The notes under the pieces: generated by a model
The model's database searches: none
Told to the model about the DNA's origin: nothing
Seen by the model: only the letters and a program-made list of their open reading frames with translations
Position numbers and translations under genes: made by a program
Origin: Pseudomonadota bacterium
Lineage (GTDB): Bacteria > Desulfobacterota > Desulfobacteria > Desulfobacterales > RPRI01
Direction: 5' to 3'
Length of the DNA stretch: 64,000 bases
NCBI GenBank assembly: GCA_043825875.1
Contig: JBDRRF010000079.1
Span: 64,001-128,000 of the forward strand
In this document: positions 8,117-17,713 of the stretch, in pieces
How the letters are laid out: every line of letters starts with the position of its first letter
How positions within the stretch are numbered: position 1 is the first letter of the stretch

Positions 8117-8174
8117 AGCTAACCAATAAATCCAGCGGACGCAAAAAGCCGCGCCGCTGATTTAATCGTTATAG
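8117..8174 (+). other. attC site
   Basis: AGCTAAC…TAAATCCAGCGGACGC AAAAA GCCGCGCCGCTGATTTA…GTTATAG; R'' is complementary to GTTAGCT at 6399. Confidence 0.92.
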
Positions 8175-8190
8175 CCAAGAGGAGGAAAGA

Positions 8191-8376
8191 ATGAAGAGAA
8201 TCGGAATACTCGTCTTATTACTTTTGATCATTCTGAGTGGTTGCTCAACGCGGTCAATCTCTAATTCAGGATACAGCCCTGAAAGCTACTACCGCCCCCA
8301 AGCCGATAATCCGTTGTACAAGGGTGAGTTGAGTGAATTCGACGGGGCAGTTTGGGGACGCCCTTTACATTTATAG
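8191..8376 (+). pseudogene. Cassette 5 lipoprotein gene, truncated
   Basis: GGAGG RBS, lipobox LSGC; reading frame runs into the RAYT upstream sequence at ~8345; no closing attC. Confidence 0.6.
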
Positions 8377-8411
8377 TTGACAACCTAAATATTTTATATT
8401 AAAAAGATAAC

Positions 8412-9419
8412 ATGCCAAGAAAAGCAAGAGTAGATGCGCCGGGAGCCCTTCATCATATCATTGTGCGGGGAATCGAGCGGGCCAAAATATTCAGGGCCGA
8501 TTCCGATCGTGATGATTTTTTGAACCGGTTTGGAAAACTTATAACCGAAACAAAAAGCCTTTGTTTTGCATGGGCTTTATTATCAAATCATTTTCATTTG
8601 CTGGTAAAAACCGGTAGTGTTCCGGTGTCAACTTTGATGAGGCGGCTGCTTACCGGATATGCGGTTTCATTTAACCGGCGGCATAATCGATCAGGGCATC
8701 TATTTCAGAACCGCTATAAATCCATTTTATGCCAGGAGGATGCTTATCTGCTTGAGCTGGTTCGTTACATTCATCTAAATCCCATCAGGGCAAAGCTTGT
8801 TGAAAATATGGAGGCTTTGGATCATTATATTTATTCCGGGCATAGTAATATCATGGGTAAGATTAAAAGACCATGGCAGGATATAACTGATGTTTTAGAA
8901 TTGTTCGGGAACAAAACAGGAACAGCCCGCAGGCGTTATAAGGCATTTGTTGAAAAAGGTATTTCGGAAGGCACGCGTCCAGATTTGATAGGGGGAGGTT
9001 TGATAAGAAGCAGCGGAGGCTGGGAAGCAGTAAAAGCCATGCGCAAGGCGAAGCTATTCGAGAAATCCGATGAACGCATACTTGGAAACGGAGATTTTGT
9101 TGAGACAGTACTTGCTGAATCAAATGAGAATATGAAACGAAAATATCATTTAAGGTCTAAGGGATTTGATCTTGAAAATGTTGCAGTCAGAGTATCGGAA
9201 CTTACAGGTATTGATAAATCGCAGATATTTCTTTCAGGAAAGGAGCAAAGCCGAGTTATTGCGCGCAGCATATTTTGTTATTTTGCTGTTCGGGAACTTG
9301 GGATAAGCATGTCAGAGCTTTCGAGGAAGATGGATCTTTCTTTATCAGGCGTGAGTTTATCGGTGAAACGTGGTGAGAAAATAGTTGATAAGACAGGTTA
9401 TTGTCTCATTGAAAAATAA
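8412..9419 (+). mobile_element. REP-associated tyrosine (Y1/HUH) transposase with C-terminal HTH
   Basis: MPRKAR…HHIIVRGIER, NHFHLL (HUH), GHLFQNRYKS, RYIHLNP; C-terminal DnaA-like HTH. Confidence 0.9.
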
Positions 9420-9484
9420 AAACTTTGGCTCTAAAGAGCGTTATTTTCACCCAAAAGACGCAAAAAATAAGATCAAGGGTTAAA

Positions 9485-10630
9485 ATGCCAGGATTTTTTT
9501 CCGATTATGATTTTGTTGAAAATGCAATCGAACAGGAATACAGGAAGGCCGAAAAGAAAAAAGGGTTTATAAATCTTACCGTAAGCAACCCGACTCACGA
9601 AGGGCTGATCTTTCCTTTCGAAGTTTTAAGAAATGCCGCAATATCATATCTTTCAAAACGAAGATATGATCCTGATCCGAAAGGTCTGTATTTAGCACGC
9701 CAAGCTGTTTCAGATTATTACAAAAACCGCATACCTTATATTAAAATTCCAACTGATAATATTACTATTACAGCAAGCACAAGTGAATCATACGGTATTT
9801 TATTCTCTCTTCTTGCCGACCCCGGAGACAATATACTTGCACCGAAAATAACTTATCCTCTTTTTGAGCATCTGGCGGCCATTCATCATATCAAACTGCG
9901 TCCTTATGAGCTTGATGAAAATAACAACTGGCAAATCAATGAAAACAGCATACTTTCAGAATATGACTGCCGAACACGTGCAATCATAATTGTTTCACCG
10001 CATAATCCTACGGGAGCAGTTATAAAAGAATCCGTTTCGGTACTTAATCAACTTGGCCTTCCGGTAATATGTGACGAGGTTTTCGCCGAATTCCCATGTA
10101 TGACTGTAAATATTCCACCATTCGGATCGTTGCATCCCGATCTTACGGTTTTTCATCTTAACGGAATTTCAAAGATGTTCGGACTTCCCGATTTAAAGCT
10201 CGGATGGATTGCATTAAGCGGACCTGCTTCAAAAGATTTTGAGAAAAGGCTTGATCTTTTAAACGATACTTATCTTGGAGCAAATTACATGATACAGTCA
10301 ATGCTCCCATCTATTTTTTCAGATGGCTTGGCTTTTGTTAAACAAATGCAAAAACATATCCGCATTGGCATTGATCTTGCCGTTGAATTGCTTTCTATAA
10401 ACCCCAATATAAGTGTAACCCGGCCGGATGGGGGATATTATTTGTTTCCTGAAATAAAAAACTGGAAAGATGAAGAAAAGCTTGTATTATACCTTTTAAA
10501 AAGCAAAAATGTTTTGGTTCATCCCGGTTATTTCTATGACTGTGATAAAAAAGTGCATATTATGATTTCCTGTTTAACGGAAATAAATAAGCTGGCCGAA
10601 GGAATTAAGCGTATTATTGCCGCAATTTGA
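9485..10630 (+). CDS. PLP-dependent aminotransferase, class I/II
   Basis: SPHNPTG, ICDEVF, SKMFGLPDLKLGW (PLP lysine). Confidence 0.88.
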   Translation: MPGFFSDYDFVENAIEQEYRKAEKKKGFINLTVSNPTHEGLIFPFEVLRNAAISYLSKRRYDPDPKGLYLARQAVSDYYKNRIPYIKIPTDNITITASTSESYGILFSLLADPGDNILAPKITYPLFEHLAAIHHIKLRPYELDENNNWQINENSILSEYDCRTRAIIIVSPHNPTGAVIKESVSVLNQLGLPVICDEVFAEFPCMTVNIPPFGSLHPDLTVFHLNGISKMFGLPDLKLGWIALSGPASKDFEKRLDLLNDTYLGANYMIQSMLPSIFSDGLAFVKQMQKHIRIGIDLAVELLSINPNISVTRPDGGYYLFPEIKNWKDEEKLVLYLLKSKNVLVHPGYFYDCDKKVHIMISCLTEINKLAEGIKRIIAAI

Positions 10631-10647
10631 TTTTAGGGGTGGGTTAA

Positions 10648-11775
10648 ATGATAGAAGAGTTTAAGAAGATTTATGACAACAGGCATGAGTATATCGGAGA
10701 ATGGAAAGAAAAAAACCCTGATCGCAAGATAATGGGATATATCTGCACATCCATGCCTGAAGAGATAATCTATGCCGCCAATGTTTTGCCGATCAGAATA
10801 CTTGGGGCACATGAATCCCAGAATTTAAGCCAACAGCATATGATGGGAATGTTTTGCCCTTTTTCCCGTGATGTTTTAGCTCAGGGCCTTTTGGGAAGGT
10901 ACGACTATCTTGATGCCATAGGCATTACTCATACATGCCAACATATCTATCAGGCATATGAAAGCTGGGTTTTGCATAAAAATATAAAAAGCTTTTATAT
11001 ACCAACGCCAAACACTTCACAAACGCCACATGCCCTGCCCTATATGAGAGGCCAGCTAAAGATATTTTTGGAAAAGCTTGAAAGCTGGACCGGCAAAAAG
11101 ATAAGCGAAAACGATTTAAGACATGGTATTAAAGTAGTTGATACAACCCGGCGTTTAATGAGACAAATATATGAAATGCGAAAGTCTGAAACACCACCCA
11201 TATCAGGGCTTGAATCCATGCTTATGGTTGTTGCTGCTCAAATGTCAGACAAGGAAGAATTTAACAAAATACTAGAAAATGTTATAAAGGACGAACTCCC
11301 CGGCCGTAAAGCTAAGGAAAATCGGGGAATCAGGTTAATGCTGGTAGGCAGTGAACATGACGATGTGAAATTTATTGAAATGGTGGAAAATCTTGATGCC
11401 ATTATAGTCATCGATGATCACTGTACCGGCAGCCGTTATTTCTGGAATACTACTGAACAAAAAGAAGATGCGCTAACCGATATAGCCAAACGATATATTA
11501 ATAAACCGCCCTGCCCTACCAAGGATTTTCCTGCACGAAAACGTCCGGCTCATATTATCGATTTAGCCAGGAAATGGAACGTCGCAGGAGTAATAGAGAT
11601 TCAGCAAAAATTCTGCGATCCCCATGAGCTTGATAAGGTTGCCGTTTCCAAGGCTTTGGAAGAAGCAGGTTTTCCAATATTGAACTTGGAAGCTGATGTT
11701 ACAATGCCGGCAGGCCCTTTCAGAATAAGGGTTGAGGCTTTTTTAGAGATGCTTGGTTCCCAAGATTTATTTTAG
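10648..11775 (+). CDS. bzdN: Benzoyl-CoA reductase BzdN-like / 2-hydroxyacyl-CoA dehydratase subunit
   Basis: PEEIIYAANVLPIRILG, MFCPFSRD, DDHCTGSRYFW, QQKFCDPH, RVEAFLEML. Confidence 0.7.
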   Translation: MIEEFKKIYDNRHEYIGEWKEKNPDRKIMGYICTSMPEEIIYAANVLPIRILGAHESQNLSQQHMMGMFCPFSRDVLAQGLLGRYDYLDAIGITHTCQHIYQAYESWVLHKNIKSFYIPTPNTSQTPHALPYMRGQLKIFLEKLESWTGKKISENDLRHGIKVVDTTRRLMRQIYEMRKSETPPISGLESMLMVVAAQMSDKEEFNKILENVIKDELPGRKAKENRGIRLMLVGSEHDDVKFIEMVENLDAIIVIDDHCTGSRYFWNTTEQKEDALTDIAKRYINKPPCPTKDFPARKRPAHIIDLARKWNVAGVIEIQQKFCDPHELDKVAVSKALEEAGFPILNLEADVTMPAGPFRIRVEAFLEMLGSQDLF

Positions 11776-11794
11776 AATATGGAGTACAAATATA

Positions 11795-13123
11795 ATGGCA
11801 AAATATAAAACGGAACCTTTAAAGTGCTGGAATAAGGCAAAAGAGCTTAGAAAAGGGATTTACGATAATATAGCAAAAGCAAGGGATGAAGGCAAAATGA
11901 TAATTGCCGGTGGTACCGAAAGCGCTATTTCACTGCCTGCCGGCTTTGATATGGAGTTTTTCGGCGGGGAACCGTATGTCGCCGGTTGCGCTTTCATGGG
12001 GAAAAATGATTCAAGCATATATATGAAGTATTTTGAGGCTGCCGAAGCAGCAAAATATCCAAGAGATCTTTGTGCTTACATGCGGCTTAGTGTCGGGTCA
12101 TTAATTTGTAACAGCTATGCATTCGGAGGAACATATCCGAAACCTGCTTTTAATCTCCAAACCCATATATGTGATACCCAGGGGAAGTGGTATCAGACAA
12201 TGAGCGAACTTGAAGGTGTGCCATATAATGCCTTAGACTTTATACCTTTTGAATGGGAAAGCGAAAATGAAAGCGAGGAGAGCAAAAATCTTAAACATAA
12301 ATATCTGAAAGACCAGATGCTGGATATCATTGACTGGATGGAGGATGTAGGCGGAAAAAAATATGACGATGAAAAATTTATTAGTGCTCTAAATTATGAA
12401 TGCGAATCGGCAAGCCTCTGGGCTCATTGCTGTATGTTAAACCGCAATATCCCGGCGGTTATGGATGAAAAGATGATGCATTCACTTTATGTTATAGCAA
12501 CTCTTATGAGACATAAAAAAGCATCTGTGGATTTTTATAAGGAGCTGTTAGATGAGCTTAAAGACAGGGCAGAAAGAGGCATAGCTGCTTTTGCCAATGA
12601 ACGGTTAAGATTATTACTAGACGGTATGCCACCCTGGCACTCTCTTGAAATATACCGTTATATGGAGGAATTCGGAGGGGTGAGCATAGGTTCTAATTTT
12701 TCATTCGGTGTTTCAGGAGGATGGGCCTATGACAGCAAGCAAGATACACGGGTTCCGGCAAAACCTCCTAAAGAAGCCGGAGTGGAATTGAAAACAAGAG
12801 AAGATGCATGCTCCTGGTATGCAAAGTGGCTGCTTGAAACCAATACTGTCTTGAGATCACTTAGATTTTCCGGCAATGGCAAAAACAAAAATATTCTTGA
12901 TCTGGTAAAAAAATGGAATGCTGATGGAGTATTAATCCATCTTAACCGGGGTTGTGAAGGAACAGCAATGGGACAGATGGAAATGAGATATTTCTTAGCG
13001 GAAAACGACATCCCTGTAATGGCTTTTGAAGGCAATCATGCCGACATCCGCGAGTTTGATTTGCCACGGATAAAAACAACAATAAATACATTTATGGAAA
13101 CACTTGAAATAAAAAAGCTCTAG
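11795..13123 (+). CDS. bzdO: Benzoyl-CoA reductase BzdO-like / 2-hydroxyacyl-CoA dehydratase subunit
   Basis: MAKYKTEPLKCWNKAKELR start, RDLCAYMR, HICD, HLNRGCEG, FEGNHAD.REFD. Confidence 0.7.
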   Translation: MAKYKTEPLKCWNKAKELRKGIYDNIAKARDEGKMIIAGGTESAISLPAGFDMEFFGGEPYVAGCAFMGKNDSSIYMKYFEAAEAAKYPRDLCAYMRLSVGSLICNSYAFGGTYPKPAFNLQTHICDTQGKWYQTMSELEGVPYNALDFIPFEWESENESEESKNLKHKYLKDQMLDIIDWMEDVGGKKYDDEKFISALNYECESASLWAHCCMLNRNIPAVMDEKMMHSLYVIATLMRHKKASVDFYKELLDELKDRAERGIAAFANERLRLLLDGMPPWHSLEIYRYMEEFGGVSIGSNFSFGVSGGWAYDSKQDTRVPAKPPKEAGVELKTREDACSWYAKWLLETNTVLRSLRFSGNGKNKNILDLVKKWNADGVLIHLNRGCEGTAMGQMEMRYFLAENDIPVMAFEGNHADIREFDLPRIKTTINTFMETLEIKKL

Positions 13124-13806
13124 AAATAGCGGGTTACTCCTATCAAAGCACCGATAGAATTCACACTCGTATTTCGCTCATCACTTCCTCCGTTGGAAAC
13201 ATGGTGAAACATGGCTTCAAAATCTATTGACCAGCTTTTTTCAAACAGATAGCAAACCCCTATACTACCCTGAGGATTATACTCTATATTATTGCCTATT
13301 AAAATCTGTGAGCGATCTTTGTATGCATCGTTATAAACAATCCCGCCTCCTATCTGGATGTAAGGGAATATACGGTCTGTGCTATAAGGAAGATTATATC
13401 TGAACAGGCAAGTTACACCGCTGATTATATTACCAGGGCCCTCAAATATAAAAGAATGGGTCAGCTCAAATATGAACTCCAGATCTCCATTAAGATTGAG
13501 TTTTTGCAAAGTCAGTTCCGGATTCAAACCCCAGATAAAGCGAAGGTCTGCCATGGCATAATTTATTTCCGGCCTGGAGCTTCTTTTATAAACCGGAGAG
13601 TATATGACTCCGGCAATAGTCTGAACCGAAAACCTGTCTTTAACAATTATATCGAACAAAATATTAGGGTTATTCTTATCTTCCCCACCGGTTTGGCCGT
13701 CAGACCGGGCAAAGCCATTTAAAGGCAGAAATAATAATAACAGATAAACAACTATTATTGCAAAAAATACTCTTCTCATGATCTTCTCTCTGCTTCCAAT
13801 CCACAT
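13120..13806 (-). CDS. Acyloxyacyl hydrolase / lipid A 3-O-deacylase-like outer membrane beta-barrel
   Basis: Signal peptide, PYIQIGGG, FHHVSNGG…N motif, terminal aromatic residue. Confidence 0.65.
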   Translation of the reverse strand: MWIGSREKIMRRVFFAIIVVYLLLLFLPLNGFARSDGQTGGEDKNNPNILFDIIVKDRFSVQTIAGVIYSPVYKRSSRPEINYAMADLRFIWGLNPELTLQKLNLNGDLEFIFELTHSFIFEGPGNIISGVTCLFRYNLPYSTDRIFPYIQIGGGIVYNDAYKDRSQILIGNNIEYNPQGSIGVCYLFEKSWSIDFEAMFHHVSNGGSDERNTSVNSIGALIGVTRYF

Positions 13807-13867
13807 AATAACAAAACATTTTTTTATCCGCGCTACTGTTATAATAATTTTTTACAAAAGCAAAAAA

Positions 13868-14440
13868 TTATTTATCTGTCTGCGTTAAAATTTTCCAGTA
13901 AGCTAACAGCTCATCTCTAGTTACTATTGCTGTTACATTATTAATATGCTCTCTTATGTTATCTATGCCACCTTCCTGCCGGTCAACAAGAATTACTGCT
14001 TTAACAACTTCCATACCTTCGGAACGTGCCCGTTCTATGGCTGTAACTGTTGACCCTCCTGTGGTGGCAACATCATCTATTATGGCAACTCTGCTCCCTT
14101 TTTTCAGATCACACTCTATCCATCGGATAATACCATGATCTTTTATGGCTTTTCTTATTGAAAAAGCATTAATCGGTTTTTCTTTCAATCCTGAGACAAA
14201 AGCTGTTGCAACGGCTATGGGATCTGCTCCAAAAGTAAGTCCTCCCACTCCGGCTATATTTGAATCTTTTATTGCATCAAATACCAGATTGCCGATTAAA
14301 AACATACCCCGCGGGTTAAGAGTAACAGGCTTGCAGTTAATATAAAAATTACTCATCTTTCCTGATGCAAGTTTAAACACCGGCTCTTTGGTGTATTGAA
14401 ATGATTTACGGCACAAAAGGTCAATAAGCTCTTGTTTCAT
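13868..14440 (-). CDS. pyrE: Orotate phosphoribosyltransferase
   Basis: [40 protein letters not shown] motif. Confidence 0.95.
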   Translation of the reverse strand: MKQELIDLLCRKSFQYTKEPVFKLASGKMSNFYINCKPVTLNPRGMFLIGNLVFDAIKDSNIAGVGGLTFGADPIAVATAFVSGLKEKPINAFSIRKAIKDHGIIRWIECDLKKGSRVAIIDDVATTGGSTVTAIERARSEGMEVVKAVILVDRQEGGIDNIREHINNVTAIVTRDELLAYWKILTQTDK

Positions 14441-14565
14441 AATAAATAAAAATCCTCTAAAATGTTTAAAAGTTAGAGCCCCATGCAGAACATCCGCGCT
14501 GAAGCTTTATGTAAATACTTATTAAAATATCAATAAAATGTTGATTTTAATCTGTTCTTCAGGGT

Positions 14566-14660
14566 ATAAAAAAGCCCCCGCCGAAACGGAAGAAGCTTTT
14601 ATGGGGACTCGGCAGAGGCTTTGAGTAAGGAAAACTCTAATAAAGCATTCCTTCGGACTC
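14566..14660 (-). ncRNA. Candidate sRNA or terminated leader upstream of pyrE
   Basis: Bounded by a consensus promoter and a long hairpin AAAGCCTCTGCCGA…TCGGCGGGGGCTTTTTT; no ORF in the provided track. Confidence 0.45.
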
Positions 14661-14666
14661 GTTTGT

Positions 14667-14695
14667 TGTATAGCAATTAATTTTAATCAGGTCAA
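14667..14695 (-). promoter_or_regulatory. sigma70-type promoter
   Basis: Minus strand TTGACC-17 nt-TATACA, with TG upstream of the -10. Confidence 0.6.
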
Positions 14696-14765
14696 TGAAA
14701 ACTCTATTGTGTGAGATAGAAGGATTTAAGGCAAGTCTTAGCACTATGACTATGGAGCTTATTGA

Positions 14766-15458
14766 ATGGGAAATGGAAACAATGAAAATTATTTAATAAG
14801 AATGTTCCATGTTTACAGGCGATATGGAAACAAGACAGCCCTTTTTGATATTAACCTGGATGTGAGAAAAAATGAATTCATATATGTAACCGGTCCAAGT
14901 GGCGCCGGAAAGACGACTCTTCTTAAACTTCTTTACCTTGGAGAGCCAATGTCTGAAGGACAGATTATCGTAGATGGTGTTAATCTGGCAAGGATAGCAA
15001 AAAATAAAATGCCGCTTCTTCGAAGAAAATTCGGAATAATATTTCAGGAGTTTAAATTAATACCAACAAAAACCGTATTTGAAAATATTGCTCTTGTTCT
15101 GGAAGCAGCTGGAAAACAAAACAGGTTTATACAAAAAAAAGTGGGGAGCATGCTTAGAGCTGTGGGCATGGAAGACAGGCAGAACTCTTTTCCCCTCAGT
15201 CTTTCGGGAGGAGAGCAACAACGTGTTGCAATAGCCCGAGCAATGGCGGGTGATCCAAAAATAATTCTTGCAGATGAGCCAACAGGAAGCCTTGACCCTG
15301 ATTCTTCGGAACAGGTAATAGAACTTATTAAAGGATTTCATGCCCGTGGCTCAACGATAATTATCACGACTCACGATACCAAACTCATAAAAAAAACAGG
15401 CGGCAGGATGATACATTTAAAACAAGGCCGTTTGTGGTTACCATCAAATCAGCGCTGA
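14766..15458 (+). CDS. ftsE: Cell division ATP-binding protein
   Basis: [37 protein letters not shown]; followed by ftsX. Confidence 0.92.
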   Translation: MGNGNNENYLIRMFHVYRRYGNKTALFDINLDVRKNEFIYVTGPSGAGKTTLLKLLYLGEPMSEGQIIVDGVNLARIAKNKMPLLRRKFGIIFQEFKLIPTKTVFENIALVLEAAGKQNRFIQKKVGSMLRAVGMEDRQNSFPLSLSGGEQQRVAIARAMAGDPKIILADEPTGSLDPDSSEQVIELIKGFHARGSTIIITTHDTKLIKKTGGRMIHLKQGRLWLPSNQR

Positions 15459-15459
15459 T

Positions 15460-16341
15460 ATGAAACTTCTTTATTTTAAACATGCATTCAATGATATTGT
15501 AAAAAGCAGGTTCTTGCATATCGTTGCAATTATTACACTTGCTTTTTCGGTAATTATTACAAGTTCTATTATTCTTTTTTTCAAAAACACAACCGGCATA
15601 TTTAATATATGGAAAAAAGGAGTAAAGGTAATGGTTTATCTTTCTCCGGAAACAGCCGATGAGGCTATACTTGAAATACAAAAGAAAATTTCAGGAATGT
15701 ATGGCGTTAAGAATGCTATATTCATTCCAAAAGAAGAGGCTCTTAACATACTTAAGCAACAGATGAAAAGGCAACCTTCACTGCTTGAAAATCTCAAAGG
15801 TAATCCGCTTCCCAATGCATTTGAAATACATTTGATTGAATCTTCGGAAGTATGGGAAAAAATAGAAAGCCTTGTTGCTCATCTTGAATTGATACCACAG
15901 GTTGAAGAAGTTGAGTACGGACAAAAGTGGCTGGCCCGATTTGCCGGAATTATTAATATATTCACTTTGTCAGGATATACCCTTGGAATCCTTTTTTTTA
16001 TTGCTTCAGTGTTCATAGTTGCAAACACGGTACGTCTTGTTCTTTATGCAAAACGCGATGAAATAGAAATTATGCGTCTTGTCGGAGCATCTGATAGCTT
16101 TATTAAAACTCCGCTTTATATTGAATGTATTATACAAGGAGCTGCAGGTGGAATTATCGGTCTTGTTCTGCTTTATATTATTTTTACGTCTTTTATCTCA
16201 AATGTTGGCCAGGGCATGACATCAGATCTTATAAATATAAGTTTTTTTTCTTTTAGTGCGTTATCAACAATTTTGATCTGTAGCATGTTTATAGGATGGC
16301 TCGGTTGTTTTCTGTCTTTAAAAAATTTTTTGAAAAATTAG
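15460..16341 (+). CDS. ftsX: Cell division permease
   Basis: NPLPNAF, NTVRL…RDEIEIMRLVGA..FI..P. Confidence 0.92.
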   Translation: MKLLYFKHAFNDIVKSRFLHIVAIITLAFSVIITSSIILFFKNTTGIFNIWKKGVKVMVYLSPETADEAILEIQKKISGMYGVKNAIFIPKEEALNILKQQMKRQPSLLENLKGNPLPNAFEIHLIESSEVWEKIESLVAHLELIPQVEEVEYGQKWLARFAGIINIFTLSGYTLGILFFIASVFIVANTVRLVLYAKRDEIEIMRLVGASDSFIKTPLYIECIIQGAAGGIIGLVLLYIIFTSFISNVGQGMTSDLINISFFSFSALSTILICSMFIGWLGCFLSLKNFLKN

Positions 16342-16451
16342 AGAAGAACAAGGATATCAGAGGCCTGCGGTCAGGGATCAGCTCAAGAATTCAAATGCTT
16401 TTCTTTTTGGCTTTCGGTCTATGTTTCCTATAAAATAGTCTGGATTACGGT

Positions 16452-17702
16452 ATGTTGTTTAATAGAGTATCGCTTATTAAAATTTCTGCTCTTTGTGCCG
16501 CAATATTTTTTCTTGTTTTTCTTGCAGGAGTAAACGGCGGTTCTGTTCCTAAGAAAACAGGATCTGAAGATAAGTCTTCTTTAAAGGATTCAAAAGCAAA
16601 ATTATCCCAAGGCATAGGAAAACTGCAACAGAAGGCAATACTTATTGATAATCAAATCGAGCAAAGCAAAATTGAGATTGAAAGTATCGAAAAGAAAGAA
16701 TCACTGGTTTTACACAACCTGAATGAACAGGATATTGCAATTGATAATATAAGAAAGAATATATCTTCCTTAAGAAAAGAACTCGAAGCTGCAAACAGAC
16801 AAATAGTAAAAATCAAAGGGGTAATAGAAAATCTCGATAATGAAATTAAAGAATCGGAACGCTATATTTCAAAGCGTCTTGTTGCTCTTTATAAACTAAA
16901 CCGGCTTGGCAGGATACATGTTCTTGCATCTGTGGATTCCATTTATGAAATTATTCAGCGTAAAATGTATTTTGAACGAATCCTTGACAGCGATAAAAAA
17001 GAGATTGATAAATTATTTGAAAACAGAGACAGATTATGTCAGTTGCAAATCAATTTAAATGAAAAAAATGCCAGTTATAAATCAGGGGAAAAGTCTCTTG
17101 AAGAAGAGATTGCAAAGATCTCTTTTGAAAGACAAAAACGTGCAAAGTTTCTTGATGAAATCCGAAGCAAAAAAACACTTGAGATAGCAGCAGTAAACGC
17201 TCTTGAGAAAGCTGCAAAACAACTTGATGATGCTATACAAAACTTAAGCGCAGAAAAGGACGGAACTGATTTTTTGCAAAATGCTTCCTTTAAGGACCCT
17301 GCATCATTTAAAGGGTTGATTAACCTGCCTGTCAAAGGTAAAATAGTCTCAAGTTTTGGCACTTACCATAATCATAAATATAATACCACCAATTTTAAGA
17401 GTGGTATTGATATTGAATCTGAAATAGGTGAGCCAATAAGATCGGTTATTCCGGGCAAAATAATATACTCCGGATGGTTTAAAGGATATGGAAACATGAT
17501 TATAGTCGATCATGGCAAAAGTTTTTATACTGTATATGCACATCTTGAAGAAAGGTTTAAATCAAAAGGTGATGTGGTAGAAGCTGATGAAGTAATTGCA
17601 TCAGCCGGTGACACCGGTTCTTTAGCCGGTTCCGGGCTTTATTTCGAAATCAGGCATCATGGGAAACCAATCAATCCTATAAAATGGTTTAAGAAGCAAT
17701 AA
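16452..17702 (+). CDS. envC: Murein hydrolase activator EnvC family (coiled coil + M23)
   Basis: Long coiled coil, GYGNMIIVDHG, YAH, LYFEIR; after ftsEX. Confidence 0.85.
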   Translation: MLFNRVSLIKISALCAAIFFLVFLAGVNGGSVPKKTGSEDKSSLKDSKAKLSQGIGKLQQKAILIDNQIEQSKIEIESIEKKESLVLHNLNEQDIAIDNIRKNISSLRKELEAANRQIVKIKGVIENLDNEIKESERYISKRLVALYKLNRLGRIHVLASVDSIYEIIQRKMYFERILDSDKKEIDKLFENRDRLCQLQINLNEKNASYKSGEKSLEEEIAKISFERQKRAKFLDEIRSKKTLEIAAVNALEKAAKQLDDAIQNLSAEKDGTDFLQNASFKDPASFKGLINLPVKGKIVSSFGTYHNHKYNTTNFKSGIDIESEIGEPIRSVIPGKIIYSGWFKGYGNMIIVDHGKSFYTVYAHLEERFKSKGDVVEADEVIASAGDTGSLAGSGLYFEIRHHGKPINPIKWFKKQ

Positions 17703-17713
17703 AAGGAGAAAAT

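Noticed and set aside
4658..8174. Recurring GACGCAAAAAGCCGC motif as a CRISPR repeat
   Set aside because: Copies are separated by whole genes and sit inside RYYYAAC…GTT hairpins, so they are attC sites. No cas genes are present.
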